Part shown: positions 30,758-40,972 of the stretch, piece after piece
Layout: each line of letters starts with the position of its first letter
How positions within the stretch are numbered: position 1 is the first letter of the stretch
Assembly (NCBI GenBank): GCA_944320495.1
Contig: CALUHR010000006.1
Location: forward strand, 31,275 to 95,274
Length of the DNA: 64,000 bases
Source of the DNA: Candidatus Methanomethylophilaceae archaeon
GTDB lineage: Archaea; Thermoplasmatota; Thermoplasmata; Methanomassiliicoccales; Methanomethylophilaceae
Direction of reading: 5' to 3'
The notes under the pieces: model-generated
The model's input: the letters and a program-made list of their open reading frames with translations, nothing else
What the model was told of the DNA's origin: nothing
Databases searched by the model: none
Program-made: the position numbers and the translations under genes

Positions 30758-31860
30758 AAATGGGAAACAACAAGAGAATGTACATAGACATACATGTGAT
30801 TCAGACGATTCCGCCCAGCTGCGTGAACCGCGATGACACAGGCAGCCCGAAGACGTGCACATATGGGGGCACCAACCGTTCGAGGGTGTCGTCCCAGAGC
30901 TGGAAGAGGGCTGTCAGGGAGTATTTCAAAGGAACAGTTGATGAAGGGGAGCTCGGAACCAGGACGAAGAAGATTGTCGAGCTCGTGTACGAGGAGATAG
31001 TCAGGCAGGACCCTTCTATCCCCGAGGCAAATGCACAGAAGATGGCCGTGGACGTCCTGACTGCAGCCGGCATCCAGATTGCGAAGAAGAAGGGCAAGGA
31101 TGACGATGGGGATGATGTCCCGGAGGCCAAGGCTCTGTTCTTCATGAGCAGGAAGCAGGCGGAGAACGTAGCCGCTCTCGCGATTGCAGGGGGTTACGAC
31201 AAGAAGAAGGCCCAGGCCGCCCTAAACGCCGGTACCGGCATCGACATAGCCCTCTTCGGTCGCATGGTGGCCGATGATCCTAGCATGAACGCTGATGCCT
31301 CGGCGCAGGTGGCACACGCCATCTCCACCCATCGTGTCACGAACGAGTTCGACTACTACACGGCGGTGGACGAGAGATCCCCTGCCGACAATCCCGGTGC
31401 AGGGATGATCGGTACCATCGAGTTCAATTCGTCGACGATGTACCGCTATGCCACGGTGGCCGTCCATGATCTCGAGAGGCAGCTGTCAGATGACCCATCG
31501 GTAACTGCCATCGCCGTGAGGGAGTTCGTCAGGGCGTTCATACTGTCCATGCCCACCGGAAAGATGAACACGTTCGCCAACAGGACGATCCCCGAGTACG
31601 TGCTAATCGAGCTCCGCGATGATCAGCCGGTCAACTGCGCCGCGGCCTTCGAGACCCCGGTTCAGCCTGGAAGGGACAAGGGCGGATACTCGGAGAACTC
31701 CGTCAAGGCTCTAGAATCATATGTCTATTCGATACGTAGCTTCGTTCCGCCGGCAATCAGGGAATGGCGTATCAGCGGAGGCGTGGACACGGATGCAGAG
31801 ACCGTCAGTCTCCAGGCGGCCCTTGATCAGATCGTGTCAGCGATCTCCGAGGAGCAGTGA
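30754..31860 (+). CDS. cas7: Type I-E Cas7
   Basis: IHVIQTIPPSCVNRDDTGSPK, DIALFGRMVA, EFDYYTAVD. Confidence 0.93.
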   Translation: MKMGNNKRMYIDIHVIQTIPPSCVNRDDTGSPKTCTYGGTNRSRVSSQSWKRAVREYFKGTVDEGELGTRTKKIVELVYEEIVRQDPSIPEANAQKMAVDVLTAAGIQIAKKKGKDDDGDDVPEAKALFFMSRKQAENVAALAIAGGYDKKKAQAALNAGTGIDIALFGRMVADDPSMNADASAQVAHAISTHRVTNEFDYYTAVDERSPADNPGAGMIGTIEFNSSTMYRYATVAVHDLERQLSDDPSVTAIAVREFVRAFILSMPTGKMNTFANRTIPEYVLIELRDDQPVNCAAAFETPVQPGRDKGGYSENSVKALESYVYSIRSFVPPAIREWRISGGVDTDAETVSLQAALDQIVSAISEEQ

Positions 31861-31861
31861 G

Positions 31862-32575
31862 ATGCCTACCGTGCTGCTGAGGCTGGCCGCGCCCATGCAG
31901 TCATGGGGTGTGGACAGTGTATACAACACGAGATCCTCGGGCGTGATGCCATCTAAGAGTGCCGTGATAGGGCTTGTGGCCTCCGCCATGGGGCGCTCGA
32001 GGCGTGATGTGCTGGACGATCTCAGCGACCTCAGGTTCGGTGTCAGGGCGGATCAGCCCGGAAGGATGATGAGGGATTACCAAACGGTCGGGAATCCGAA
32101 GAAGGACGAGGTCATGTTCACCATCGACCGTTACTATCTGTCGGACGCCATATTCCTGGCAGGTCTGGAAGGGGATGCGGGCATCGTAGGGGACATAGAC
32201 GCAGCTCTAAAGAGCCCCATGTTCCCGCCGTTCCTCGGCAGGCGCTCATGTCCTCCCACCCAGCCTCTGTCGTTGGGCGTCCGTGATTTCGGATTGACAG
32301 AGGCGCTGTCACAGGAGGGGTGGCAGGCATCCGCATGGTACAGACGCAAGTCCCTGCCGAAGGTCAGCCTGGAGGCGGTCATGGATTCCGATGCCGAAGG
32401 GGCGGATTCCATGGTGCGCGATGTGCCGGAATCGTTCGATCCCAGGCGTCGCGAGTACGGATACCGCCAGGTGCGTCATGTTCTCGATTTCGTATCGTTC
32501 GATAATCCGGACAGTCGCAGAAAACCGATCGTCACGGATCACGACCCCATTTCAGTGATCAGGGGGTCCAGCCGA
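31862..32575 (+). CDS. cas5: Type I-E Cas5; ends at CGA 32573-32575 in a CGATG overlap with cas6e
   Basis: LLRLAAPMQSWG, PSKSAVIGL, FLGRRSCPP; standard-code ORF ends at 32629. Confidence 0.92.
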
Positions 32576-33225
32576 TGTATCTCTCTCGTGTGGAGGTCAA
32601 TCCGCGCAGACGCAGCACCCTGTCGATGATGGAGTCCCAGCAGCGCATGCACGCCGCGGTCATGGCCAGCTTCCCATCCTTCGGTCCGGGGGAGACTGAC
32701 AGGGTGTTGTGGAGGGTGGACCATCTCGGTCCATCGACCTACTTCCTCGTCCAGAGCTCCAGGAAACCGGACTTCAGCCATATGGTGGACCAGTACGGAT
32801 GGCCCGAGTCGGAACAGGGGTGGGACGTCCTGGAGTATGACGGATTCCTGTCACGCATCGAGAGCGGACAGGAATGGAGGTTCCGCCTAACGGCCAATCC
32901 CGTCCACAGCGTCCACACAGGCGGCAGCCGCGGGAAGGTGATGCCACATGTCACGGTATCGCAGCAGAAGGGTTGGTTGCAGGGCCGTGCAGCTTCATGC
33001 GGTTTCGAGATCGCCGGCTCGCCTCAGGGCGAACCGGCATTCGATATCGTGGAGAGGCATATCCGCAAGTTCGACAGGAACGGTTCCCTCGTAACGATAA
33101 GCATGGTGACGTTCGAGGGAACACTGAGGGTCACGGATGCGGATCTGCTGAGGAATGCGATGACATCCGGAATCGGCAGGGCGAAGGCCTACGGTTGCGG
33201 CTTGCTTACGCTGGCAGGACTATGA
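32575..33225 (+). CDS. cas6e: Type I-E Cas6e
   Basis: MYLSRV, FRLTANP, GIGRAKAYGCGLL. Confidence 0.93.
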   Translation: MYLSRVEVNPRRRSTLSMMESQQRMHAAVMASFPSFGPGETDRVLWRVDHLGPSTYFLVQSSRKPDFSHMVDQYGWPESEQGWDVLEYDGFLSRIESGQEWRFRLTANPVHSVHTGGSRGKVMPHVTVSQQKGWLQGRAASCGFEIAGSPQGEPAFDIVERHIRKFDRNGSLVTISMVTFEGTLRVTDADLLRNAMTSGIGRAKAYGCGLLTLAGL

Positions 33226-34166
33226 CCAAGGTCCCGGGTGCGGATAGGCCGGACATCCAGGAGCTGCCGAGGATTCGTGACCGCATATCGTTCCTGTATC
33301 TGAGCCATTGCAAGGTCAACCGCTCGGACAGCGCGATATCGGTCACGGATTCGAGAGGGGTCGCCTGCATCCCGGTCGCCACCATCGGGGCGATCCTTCT
33401 CGGACCCGGAACAACCATTACCCATCGCGCGATGGAGCTGCTCGGGGATGCCGGGGCCTCGGTGCTGTGGGTCGGGGATGACGGTGTCAGGTACTACGCA
33501 CACGGTAGGCCCCTGACCCATTCCTCGTCCCTGTTGATGAAGCAGGCAGCGGCTGCGACCAACACAAGGTCGCGCATAGACGTGGCCCGCAGGATGTATG
33601 GGATGCGCTTCCCGGGGGAGGACGTGTCTCGTCTGACCATGCAGCAACTCCGCGGCAGGGAGGGTTCCAGGATCAGGTCCGCGTATGCCAGAGCATCGAG
33701 GGAGACCGGAGTGGAATGGTCTGGGAGGGATTACGACCCATCCGACTTCACAGCCAGCGATCCCGTGAACCAGTCGTTGACCGTGGCGAACTCATGTCTG
33801 TACGGGGCCGCACACAGCGTCATAGTGGCTATGGGGTGTTCGCCTGGTCTCGGATTCATTCACTGCGGTCACGAGCGTTCTTTCGTCTATGATGTCGCCG
33901 ATCTCTACAAGGCGGAAATCTGCATACCTCTCGCATTCCGTTTAGCATCCGAGGGTTGTGCCGACATTTCGTCAGCGACCAGACATGCTATGAGGGACGC
34001 CATCCGCAGGAACCACGTAATGGAGAGGATGGTGCGGGATATACGTTATCTTCTCGATGCCGACGATCCAGACCAGGAGGTGAACGTGCTCTATCTGTGG
34101 GACGATGACGGAGGAACCGTGACCAGCGGCGTCTCGTACACGGAGTTCGGGGAGGACGACGGATGA
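33222..34166 (+). CDS. cas1: Type I-E Cas1
   Basis: RISFLYL, LLGPGTTITH, SFVYDVADLYK. Confidence 0.95.
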   Translation: MTKVPGADRPDIQELPRIRDRISFLYLSHCKVNRSDSAISVTDSRGVACIPVATIGAILLGPGTTITHRAMELLGDAGASVLWVGDDGVRYYAHGRPLTHSSSLLMKQAAAATNTRSRIDVARRMYGMRFPGEDVSRLTMQQLRGREGSRIRSAYARASRETGVEWSGRDYDPSDFTASDPVNQSLTVANSCLYGAAHSVIVAMGCSPGLGFIHCGHERSFVYDVADLYKAEICIPLAFRLASEGCADISSATRHAMRDAIRRNHVMERMVRDIRYLLDADDPDQEVNVLYLWDDDGGTVTSGVSYTEFGEDDG

Positions 34167-34919
34167 TAGTGGTGGTCCTCTCCTGCTGTCCTCCTTCGCT
34201 ACGCGGGGATCTCACGAAATGGCTCTTCGAGATCAGCACCGGGGTGTATGTCGGCCATATCGCCGCCCGTGTCCGCGATTCGCTCTGGGAGCGCATAGTT
34301 TCCAGCGTTGGTTCCGGAAGGGCGATCATGGCGTTCTCGGCAGATAACGATCAGAAGTTCGATATCCGCGTCCACAACACGGAATGGGGTCTCGAGGAGA
34401 TTGATGGGATCAAGGTGATGATGCGCCAGGGGGTCGGAGACACGATGAGAGGCGGGTTCAGCAACGCCAGCCGCATGCGCAGAGCGATGAATCCCAAAAC
34501 GGACAGGCAGGACTCCTGTTACACCGCAGTTCATGTAGGCTACAGCTCCCCCTCCCTCGAGATCGGACGCATCACAGAGGTGGATTTTACGACCGTCCGC
34601 AACGGACGCATCGTGGAAAGGGGACAATGGAGGGAGGGACAGTCCGATGTTCTGCTCAAGGAATCGCTGGATGCGATCTCGCGGTCGGAGAGGGTGGTCA
34701 TGTATCGTGCGGGGAGGCAGGTGCAGTTCCTTGCAGGATCAGTCAACACACGTCCTGGATCGGGAACGTGTAACGGATGTGTCCGAGTTGGTGAAGGGGA
34801 GACTACATAATCTCGGGGATACAGGTCTGGAATCCGTGTGCAGGAATCTTGGTATAGATCCAGATGAGAGGTCCTGTAGCGGTTCGATAGTCCGGATTTA
34901 TGAATCATTGCATAAACGA
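34163..34919 (+). CDS. cas2: Type I-E Cas2 fused to a degenerate, frameshifted DnaQ/DEDDh-like domain
   Basis: LRGDLTKWLFEISTGVYVG (Cas2), then GFSNASRMRR linker. The DnaQ-like tail continues in another frame after about 34730 and reaches CGA at 34917-34919. Confidence 0.8.
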
Positions 34920-35025
34920 TATTATTTTGGCATCAGAATGTTGATAGACAACTAAATTTTTATCGTCCTTTTGGTGATAATCCCGTGAGAGGTTCCGCGC
35001 GTCTGGCTCATCCATTTATTTTGGT
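34920..35025 (+). promoter_or_regulatory. CRISPR leader
   Basis: AT-rich stretch between cas2 and the first perfect repeat. Confidence 0.65.
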
Positions 35026-35662
<637 letters not shown>

Positions 35663-35747
35663 ATGAGCATTCTCCATGAATAATGCTCAGGTCTTTGTGA
35701 AGTCAGAGGCAATGCCAACCCAAAAGTACTGGTTCATGCTCCGGATA

Positions 35748-35836
35748 TTCATTCCACGCCTTGCGTGGGTGTTCCTTAGAGCACATTGTATCAAGGGTGT
35801 GTCAAAGAGTGCTCCCCGCATTCGCGGGGTCTTCAT
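35748..35836 (+). CRISPR. Divergent repeat - 33-nt spacer - divergent repeat unit downstream of the array
   Basis: 35748-35775 (CCACGC-ctt-GCGTGG...GTGTTCC) and 35809-35836 (GTGCTCCCCGC-attc-GCGGGG) are exactly 33 nt apart. Confidence 0.55.
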
Positions 35837-35972
35837 AGAAGAGCCTAAATAGTGTCCATTCATCCACGTTTCACCGTCAGAGGTCATCAAGATGATCTGC
35901 AACGTTCACACCCCGCTTCTGCTCCTTCTGCAGTGAATAGTGTGAGCTAAAGACGGGTTTGAGGTGTTGAAA

Positions 35973-37562
35973 ATGGAATCTCAGACCAGTGATAACGCTA
36001 GCAAGCGTGCGATGTTGGCAGTCAGCCCCTACAACCAGGTCGCCCTGCCGAAGCTGCCTGAGGGTCGCGGACCGATCCAGATATTCGACACCACGCTCCG
36101 CGACGGCGAGCAGGCTCCGGGCATCGCACTCAGCGCCGAGGAGAAGGTACGCATAGCCGCGGCCCTCAACGACCTCGGCGTGGACTACATCGAGGCGGGA
36201 TTCGCAGTCTCGTCCGACATCGAACGCAAGACCATCAGGGAGATCGTTGACGCTGGTCCGCATGCGACGGTCGTCAGCCTCGCCAGGTCCGTGCGCAAGG
36301 ACATCGACGCCGCCGTGGAGACAGGGGTCCCGTGCATCCACACGTTCATCGGCACGAGCCCCCTCCATAGGGAATACAAGCTCAAGATGACCAAGGAGGA
36401 GATTGTCGAGAGGGCCGTCGACACCGTCGAGTATGCCCGTTCAAGAGGGGTGGATGTGCAGTTCTCCTGCGAGGACGCGACCCGCACCGAGCTCGACTAC
36501 CTCCTCGAGGTCTACAAGGCGGTCGTTGATGCCGGTGCTTGCGCCATCAACGTCCCCGATACCGTAGGCGTCATCGTGCCCCAGGGCATGAGCTATCTCA
36601 TCGGCGAGATCGCCAAGGTCATCAAGGTCCCGATCTCCGTCCACTGCCACAACGACATGGGTCTCGCGGTCGCCAACAGCATCGCCGCCGTGGAGGCGGG
36701 AGCGACAATCTGTCAGGCCACCATCAATGGCATCGGCGAGAGGACCGGCAACGCGTCCCTCGAGGAGATCGCGGTCAACCTCTTCGCCAACTACAACGTT
36801 GAGACCATTGACCTCTCCAAGATCGGACCCGTCTGCAGGACCGTGGAGCGCATCACAGGGTTCCCTGTCGCGTACAACAAGCCGATCAGCGGCCGCAACG
36901 CCTTCGCCCACGAGTCCGGTATCCACGTCCACGGGGTGATGGCCAACTCGGCCACCTACGAGCCGTTCCTTCCGGAGCTCGTCGGCGTGGACAGGCACAT
37001 CGTCATCGGCAAGCACTCCGGAGAGCACTCCGTCCGCGGAAGGCTCGATGCGCTCGGCATCAAGATGCCTGAGGAGCGCATGCCCGAGCTCATGGCCGCC
37101 ATCAAGGAGGCCGCCATCGGCGACAAGGAGATCGACGACGCGGAGCTCAGGGCCATCGTCGACCATATCCTCTACAGCTCCGTCATAGGTGACCCCGCCG
37201 TCATCCTGGATGGCGTCGCCGTCATGACCGGAAAGGGGATCACCAGCACGGCGACCGTCAACCTCAGGGTCAAGGGAGAGTCCCGCAGCGTCGCGGAGGT
37301 CGGCGTCGGACCCGTGGATGCGGCCATGAGGGCGATCGCCGAGGCCGTCGGCGGTGGGTACACCCTCGGGGAGTACAAGCTCGCCGCGATCAACGGGCTC
37401 TCGGACTCGCTCTGCGAGGCCACGGTCATGGTCCGCAACGCGGAGCGTGAAGGCACCGGACTCGTGGTCGGGAAGGCCGTCGGTACCGATGTGGTCCAGA
37501 CTTCCATCGATGCGATGATCTCGGCCATAAACCGCGACTTCGCCAGATATGACAATCAGTGA
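35973..37562 (+). CDS. leuA: 2-isopropylmalate synthase (LeuA/CimA family)
   Basis: FDTTLRDGEQ, HCHNDMG, GIGERTGNA, FAHESGIH, regulatory domain GVGPVDA. Confidence 0.9.
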   Translation: MESQTSDNASKRAMLAVSPYNQVALPKLPEGRGPIQIFDTTLRDGEQAPGIALSAEEKVRIAAALNDLGVDYIEAGFAVSSDIERKTIREIVDAGPHATVVSLARSVRKDIDAAVETGVPCIHTFIGTSPLHREYKLKMTKEEIVERAVDTVEYARSRGVDVQFSCEDATRTELDYLLEVYKAVVDAGACAINVPDTVGVIVPQGMSYLIGEIAKVIKVPISVHCHNDMGLAVANSIAAVEAGATICQATINGIGERTGNASLEEIAVNLFANYNVETIDLSKIGPVCRTVERITGFPVAYNKPISGRNAFAHESGIHVHGVMANSATYEPFLPELVGVDRHIVIGKHSGEHSVRGRLDALGIKMPEERMPELMAAIKEAAIGDKEIDDAELRAIVDHILYSSVIGDPAVILDGVAVMTGKGITSTATVNLRVKGESRSVAEVGVGPVDAAMRAIAEAVGGGYTLGEYKLAAINGLSDSLCEATVMVRNAEREGTGLVVGKAVGTDVVQTSIDAMISAINRDFARYDNQ

Positions 37563-37578
37563 CATTCCAAGTGATACA

Positions 37579-38841
37579 ATGGCAGGCAAAACGATAGCAG
37601 AGAAGATCCTCTCCGCCCATTCGGGGAAGGACGCCCGCGCGGGGCAGATCGTCGTCGCGGACATAGACTACGTGATGGTCAACGACGTCACCGGACCGAT
37701 CGCGTTCCGCGAGTACGACAAGCTCGGCAGGGACACCATGTTCAAGGACCGCATGGTCCTCATCCCCGACCACTACGTCCCCGCGAAGGACGTGGACTCC
37801 GCCGCCCAGGCGAAGGAGATGCGCGAGTTCGCCCAGAAGCACCAGCTCCCCAACTACTTCGAGATCGGGAAGAGCGGCGTGTGCCACCAGCTGATGGTCG
37901 AGGAGGGCTTCGCCGCCCCCGGAAGGCTCATCGTCGGAGCGGACTCCCACACCTGCACCTACGGTGCGGTCAACGCACTGTCCACCGGCATCGGGTCCAC
38001 CGAGGCCGCCGCGGCGTTCGCCACCGGCAAGCTCTGGTTCAAGGTCCCCGAGACCATCCGTGTCAATCTGAAGGGGAAATTCGGCAAGTACGTCGGCGGC
38101 AAGGATCTCATCCTGAGGATCATCACCGACATCGGCGTCGACGGGGCCAACTACAAGGCCCTCGAGTTCCACGGGGATATCCAGAACGTCTCCGTCCCGG
38201 ACAGGCTCGCCGTGTCCAACATGGCCATCGAGTGCGGCGGAAAGGCCGGCATCTGGCCCTGCGACGACCTCACCTGCGAGTACATCAAGGACACCGTCCG
38301 CGGGGAGTACACCCCTGTCGACGCCGACGAGGACGCGGTCTACTGCCAGACCCTGGAGTACGACCTCTCCGAGATCGAGCCCTTCGTCTCCTACCCCCAC
38401 CTCCCGAGCAACGGACGCCCCGTCAAGGATGCGGACGTGACGATCGAGCAGGCGTATCTCGGATCGTGCACCAACGGCAGGATCGAGGACATGCGCATCG
38501 GCGCCGAGATCCTCAAGGGACGCCACGTGGCCCCCGGCGTGAGGATGATCGTCGTCCCCGCATCGCAGCGCGTCATGCGCCAGATGGCGGACGAGGGGCT
38601 CATCGACATCTTCCTCGACGCCGGCGCCTTCGTCTCCGGGCCCACCTGCGGCGCCTGCCTCGGCGGATACATGGGCATCCTCGCCCCCGGCGAGAGGGCA
38701 GTGGCATCCACTAACCGTAACTTCATCGGCAGGATGGGCGCGAAGGACTCGTACGTGTACCTGGCCGGACCGGCCGTCGTGGCCGCTTCCGCCGTGGCGG
38801 GGAGGATCGTCACCCCCGACCAGCTTCCGGAGGTGCAGTGA
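37579..38841 (+). CDS. leuC: 3-isopropylmalate dehydratase large subunit
   Basis: GKTIAEKIL, GADSHTCT, GSCTNGR, CGACLG, STNRNFIGRMG. Confidence 0.93.
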   Translation: MAGKTIAEKILSAHSGKDARAGQIVVADIDYVMVNDVTGPIAFREYDKLGRDTMFKDRMVLIPDHYVPAKDVDSAAQAKEMREFAQKHQLPNYFEIGKSGVCHQLMVEEGFAAPGRLIVGADSHTCTYGAVNALSTGIGSTEAAAAFATGKLWFKVPETIRVNLKGKFGKYVGGKDLILRIITDIGVDGANYKALEFHGDIQNVSVPDRLAVSNMAIECGGKAGIWPCDDLTCEYIKDTVRGEYTPVDADEDAVYCQTLEYDLSEIEPFVSYPHLPSNGRPVKDADVTIEQAYLGSCTNGRIEDMRIGAEILKGRHVAPGVRMIVVPASQRVMRQMADEGLIDIFLDAGAFVSGPTCGACLGGYMGILAPGERAVASTNRNFIGRMGAKDSYVYLAGPAVVAASAVAGRIVTPDQLPEVQ

Positions 38842-39321
38842 ATGGAGCAGATCAAGGGAAGGGTCTGGGTCTTCGGCGACAACGTGGACACGGACCAGAT
38901 CATACCGGCGGAGAGGCTCGTCGCGGCGAACCTCGACCACCTCAACGACTACATATTCGAGAAGGTCAGGCCCGGATTCGGGCAGCAGGTGCAGAAGGGC
39001 GACATCCTCATCGCCGGACGCAACTTCGGATGCGGTTCCAGCAGGGAGCACGCGCCCCTCTCGCTCCGCGAGGCCGGCTTCTCGTGCATCATCGCCGAGA
39101 GCTTCGCCAGGATCTTCTACCGCAACTCGTTCAACACCGGGCTCCTCCTGGTGGAGTGCAAGGTGGACGCGAAGGAGGGCGACACCGCCACCGTCGACGT
39201 CGACAAGGGGACGGTGGAGTGCGGGGGCAGGGAGTACACCTTCCCCGAGTACCCGCCGTTCATCACCGAGCTCATCCGCTCCGGCGGGCTCATGAACCTC
39301 ATCAAGGAGGGGAAGTTCCGA
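38842..39321 (+). CDS. leuD: 3-isopropylmalate dehydratase small subunit; ends CGA-TGA overlapping the leuB ATG
   Basis: GDNVDTDQIIP, NFGCGSSREHA. Confidence 0.93.
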
Positions 39322-40445
39322 TGAAGCATCTCGCGATCATCCCCGGCGACGGCATCGGCAAGGAGGTCATCGCGGCCGGTATGGATGTGCTGAACGCGGT
39401 CTCCGAGATCTCCTCGTTCCAGTTCGACCCCGAGTACGTGGACATCGGTTCCGAGAGGTACCTCCGCACCGGCGAGCTCCTCACCGACGACGACGTGAAG
39501 CTCCTGAAGTCCAAGGACGCCATCTACTTCGGAGCGATCGGGGACCCCCGGGTCAAGCCCGGCGTGCTGGAGCAGGGCATCCTGCTGAAGATGCGCGCGG
39601 TCTTCGACCAGTACATCAACCTCAGGCCCGTCACGTCCTGGTTCCCGCTGGTCCCCCTGAAGAGGGAGGTCCCCTTCGACATCCACTTCCTCAGGGAGAA
39701 CACCGAGGACTTCTACATGGGCGCCAACGGAACCTTCGGACCGAGCTCCGGTGGCGACAGGGCGCACGTCCACGTCAAGAGGGAGCTCTACGACCTGGAC
39801 ATCGACCTGGAGGCCCACTCCTCGAACGGCGACGACTTCGCCTTCGAGATCGGTCTGCTGTCGAAGACGGCGGTCACCAGGTTCGCCGACTACGCCTGCA
39901 GGTACGCCCTCTCCCGCGGGGACGGGAAGGTCACCCTGGTGGACAAGGCCAACGTCATCACCCGCAACTACGGCATGCAGCGCGAGATCTTCCAGGAGAA
40001 GACCAGGGAGTACGGCCTGGACCTGGAGTTCATGTTCGTCGACGCCATGGCCATGGCCATGATCGTCCGCCCGGAGACATTCGGCACCGTCGCCGTGCCC
40101 AACCTGTTCGGCGACATCCTCACCGACCTGGGCGCCCAGCTCCAGGGAGGTCTCGGCATGGGCGGAAGCGGTAACATCAACCCCGAGGGCGTCAGCATGT
40201 TCGAGCCCATCCACGGGTCCGCTCCGGACATCGCCGGTCGCGGCATCGCCAACCCCATCGCCGCCGTCCTGGCGGCGCAGATGCTCCTGGAGAACCAGGG
40301 CTTCCCCGAGGAGGGCAGGATGCTGCACGACGCGGTCAGGCGCTCCCTGGACGAGGGTCTCACCACCCCCGACTTGGGCGGCAAGCTGTCCACGGCCGAG
40401 GTCGGGCGCGAGATCGCCGACTTCGTCCGCTCCCAGAGGAAGTGA
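39321..40445 (+). CDS. leuB: 3-isopropylmalate dehydrogenase
   Basis: IPGDGIGKEV, RENTED, NLFGDILTD, EPIHGSAPDIAG. Confidence 0.93.
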   Translation: MKHLAIIPGDGIGKEVIAAGMDVLNAVSEISSFQFDPEYVDIGSERYLRTGELLTDDDVKLLKSKDAIYFGAIGDPRVKPGVLEQGILLKMRAVFDQYINLRPVTSWFPLVPLKREVPFDIHFLRENTEDFYMGANGTFGPSSGGDRAHVHVKRELYDLDIDLEAHSSNGDDFAFEIGLLSKTAVTRFADYACRYALSRGDGKVTLVDKANVITRNYGMQREIFQEKTREYGLDLEFMFVDAMAMAMIVRPETFGTVAVPNLFGDILTDLGAQLQGGLGMGGSGNINPEGVSMFEPIHGSAPDIAGRGIANPIAAVLAAQMLLENQGFPEEGRMLHDAVRRSLDEGLTTPDLGGKLSTAEVGREIADFVRSQRK

Positions 40446-40452
40446 TCCCCTC

Positions 40453-40686
40453 ATGCTGACCCTGGAGCTCGAGGTCGACTATCCGGACGAGGCCACCGCC
40501 CGGGCGGTGATATCCTCTCTGGATCCCGACAACACGGGGTACGTCGAGTCCGAGCTCCGGGGCTCAAAACTCCTTTTCCACATGTCCTCGGAGTCGGCCG
40601 GCACCCTCCGGAGCACGGCGGACGACCTCATGGCCTGTCTCAAGACGGCGGAGGAGGCCTGCGGCGTGGCCGGGTCCCGCCAATGA
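40453..40686 (+). CDS. pcc1: KEOPS complex subunit Pcc1
   Basis: 77 aa; ARAVISSLDPDN...LRSTADDLMACLKTAE. Confidence 0.75.
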   Translation: MLTLELEVDYPDEATARAVISSLDPDNTGYVESELRGSKLLFHMSSESAGTLRSTADDLMACLKTAEEACGVAGSRQ

Positions 40687-40715
40687 GTTTGTTAACGGCG
40701 TTACTCATGCTCGTG

Positions 40716-40770
40716 CTTGTGCTCGAGCACAAGTAGAGCACAAGTAGAGCACAAGTAGAGCACAAGTAGA
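40716..40770. repeat. 18-bp perfect palindrome CTTGTGCTCGAGCACAAG merging into 4 tandem copies of GAGCACAAGTA
   Basis: Read directly: palindrome 40716-40733; 11-mers at 40725, 40736, 40747, 40758. Confidence 0.9.
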
Positions 40771-40876
40771 TTGTAGGAAATTGTTCCTGGAATGCTTCCG
40801 GATTCGTCCGATTGCTGAATCTTCTTTATAAATGGTTTATAAATGCGGCTGATTCTGTCCTATAATTCCGGGGTCG

Positions 40877-40948
40877 GCACAAGCACAAGCACAAGCACAA
40901 GCACAAGCACAAGCACAAGCACAAGCACAAGCACAAGCACAAGCACAA
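40877..40948. repeat. Simple sequence repeat (GCACAA)x12
   Basis: 12 perfect hexamers ending 24 nt before the ATG at 40973. Confidence 0.95.
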
Positions 40949-40972
40949 GTACTTCTGAACATATGACGAGTC

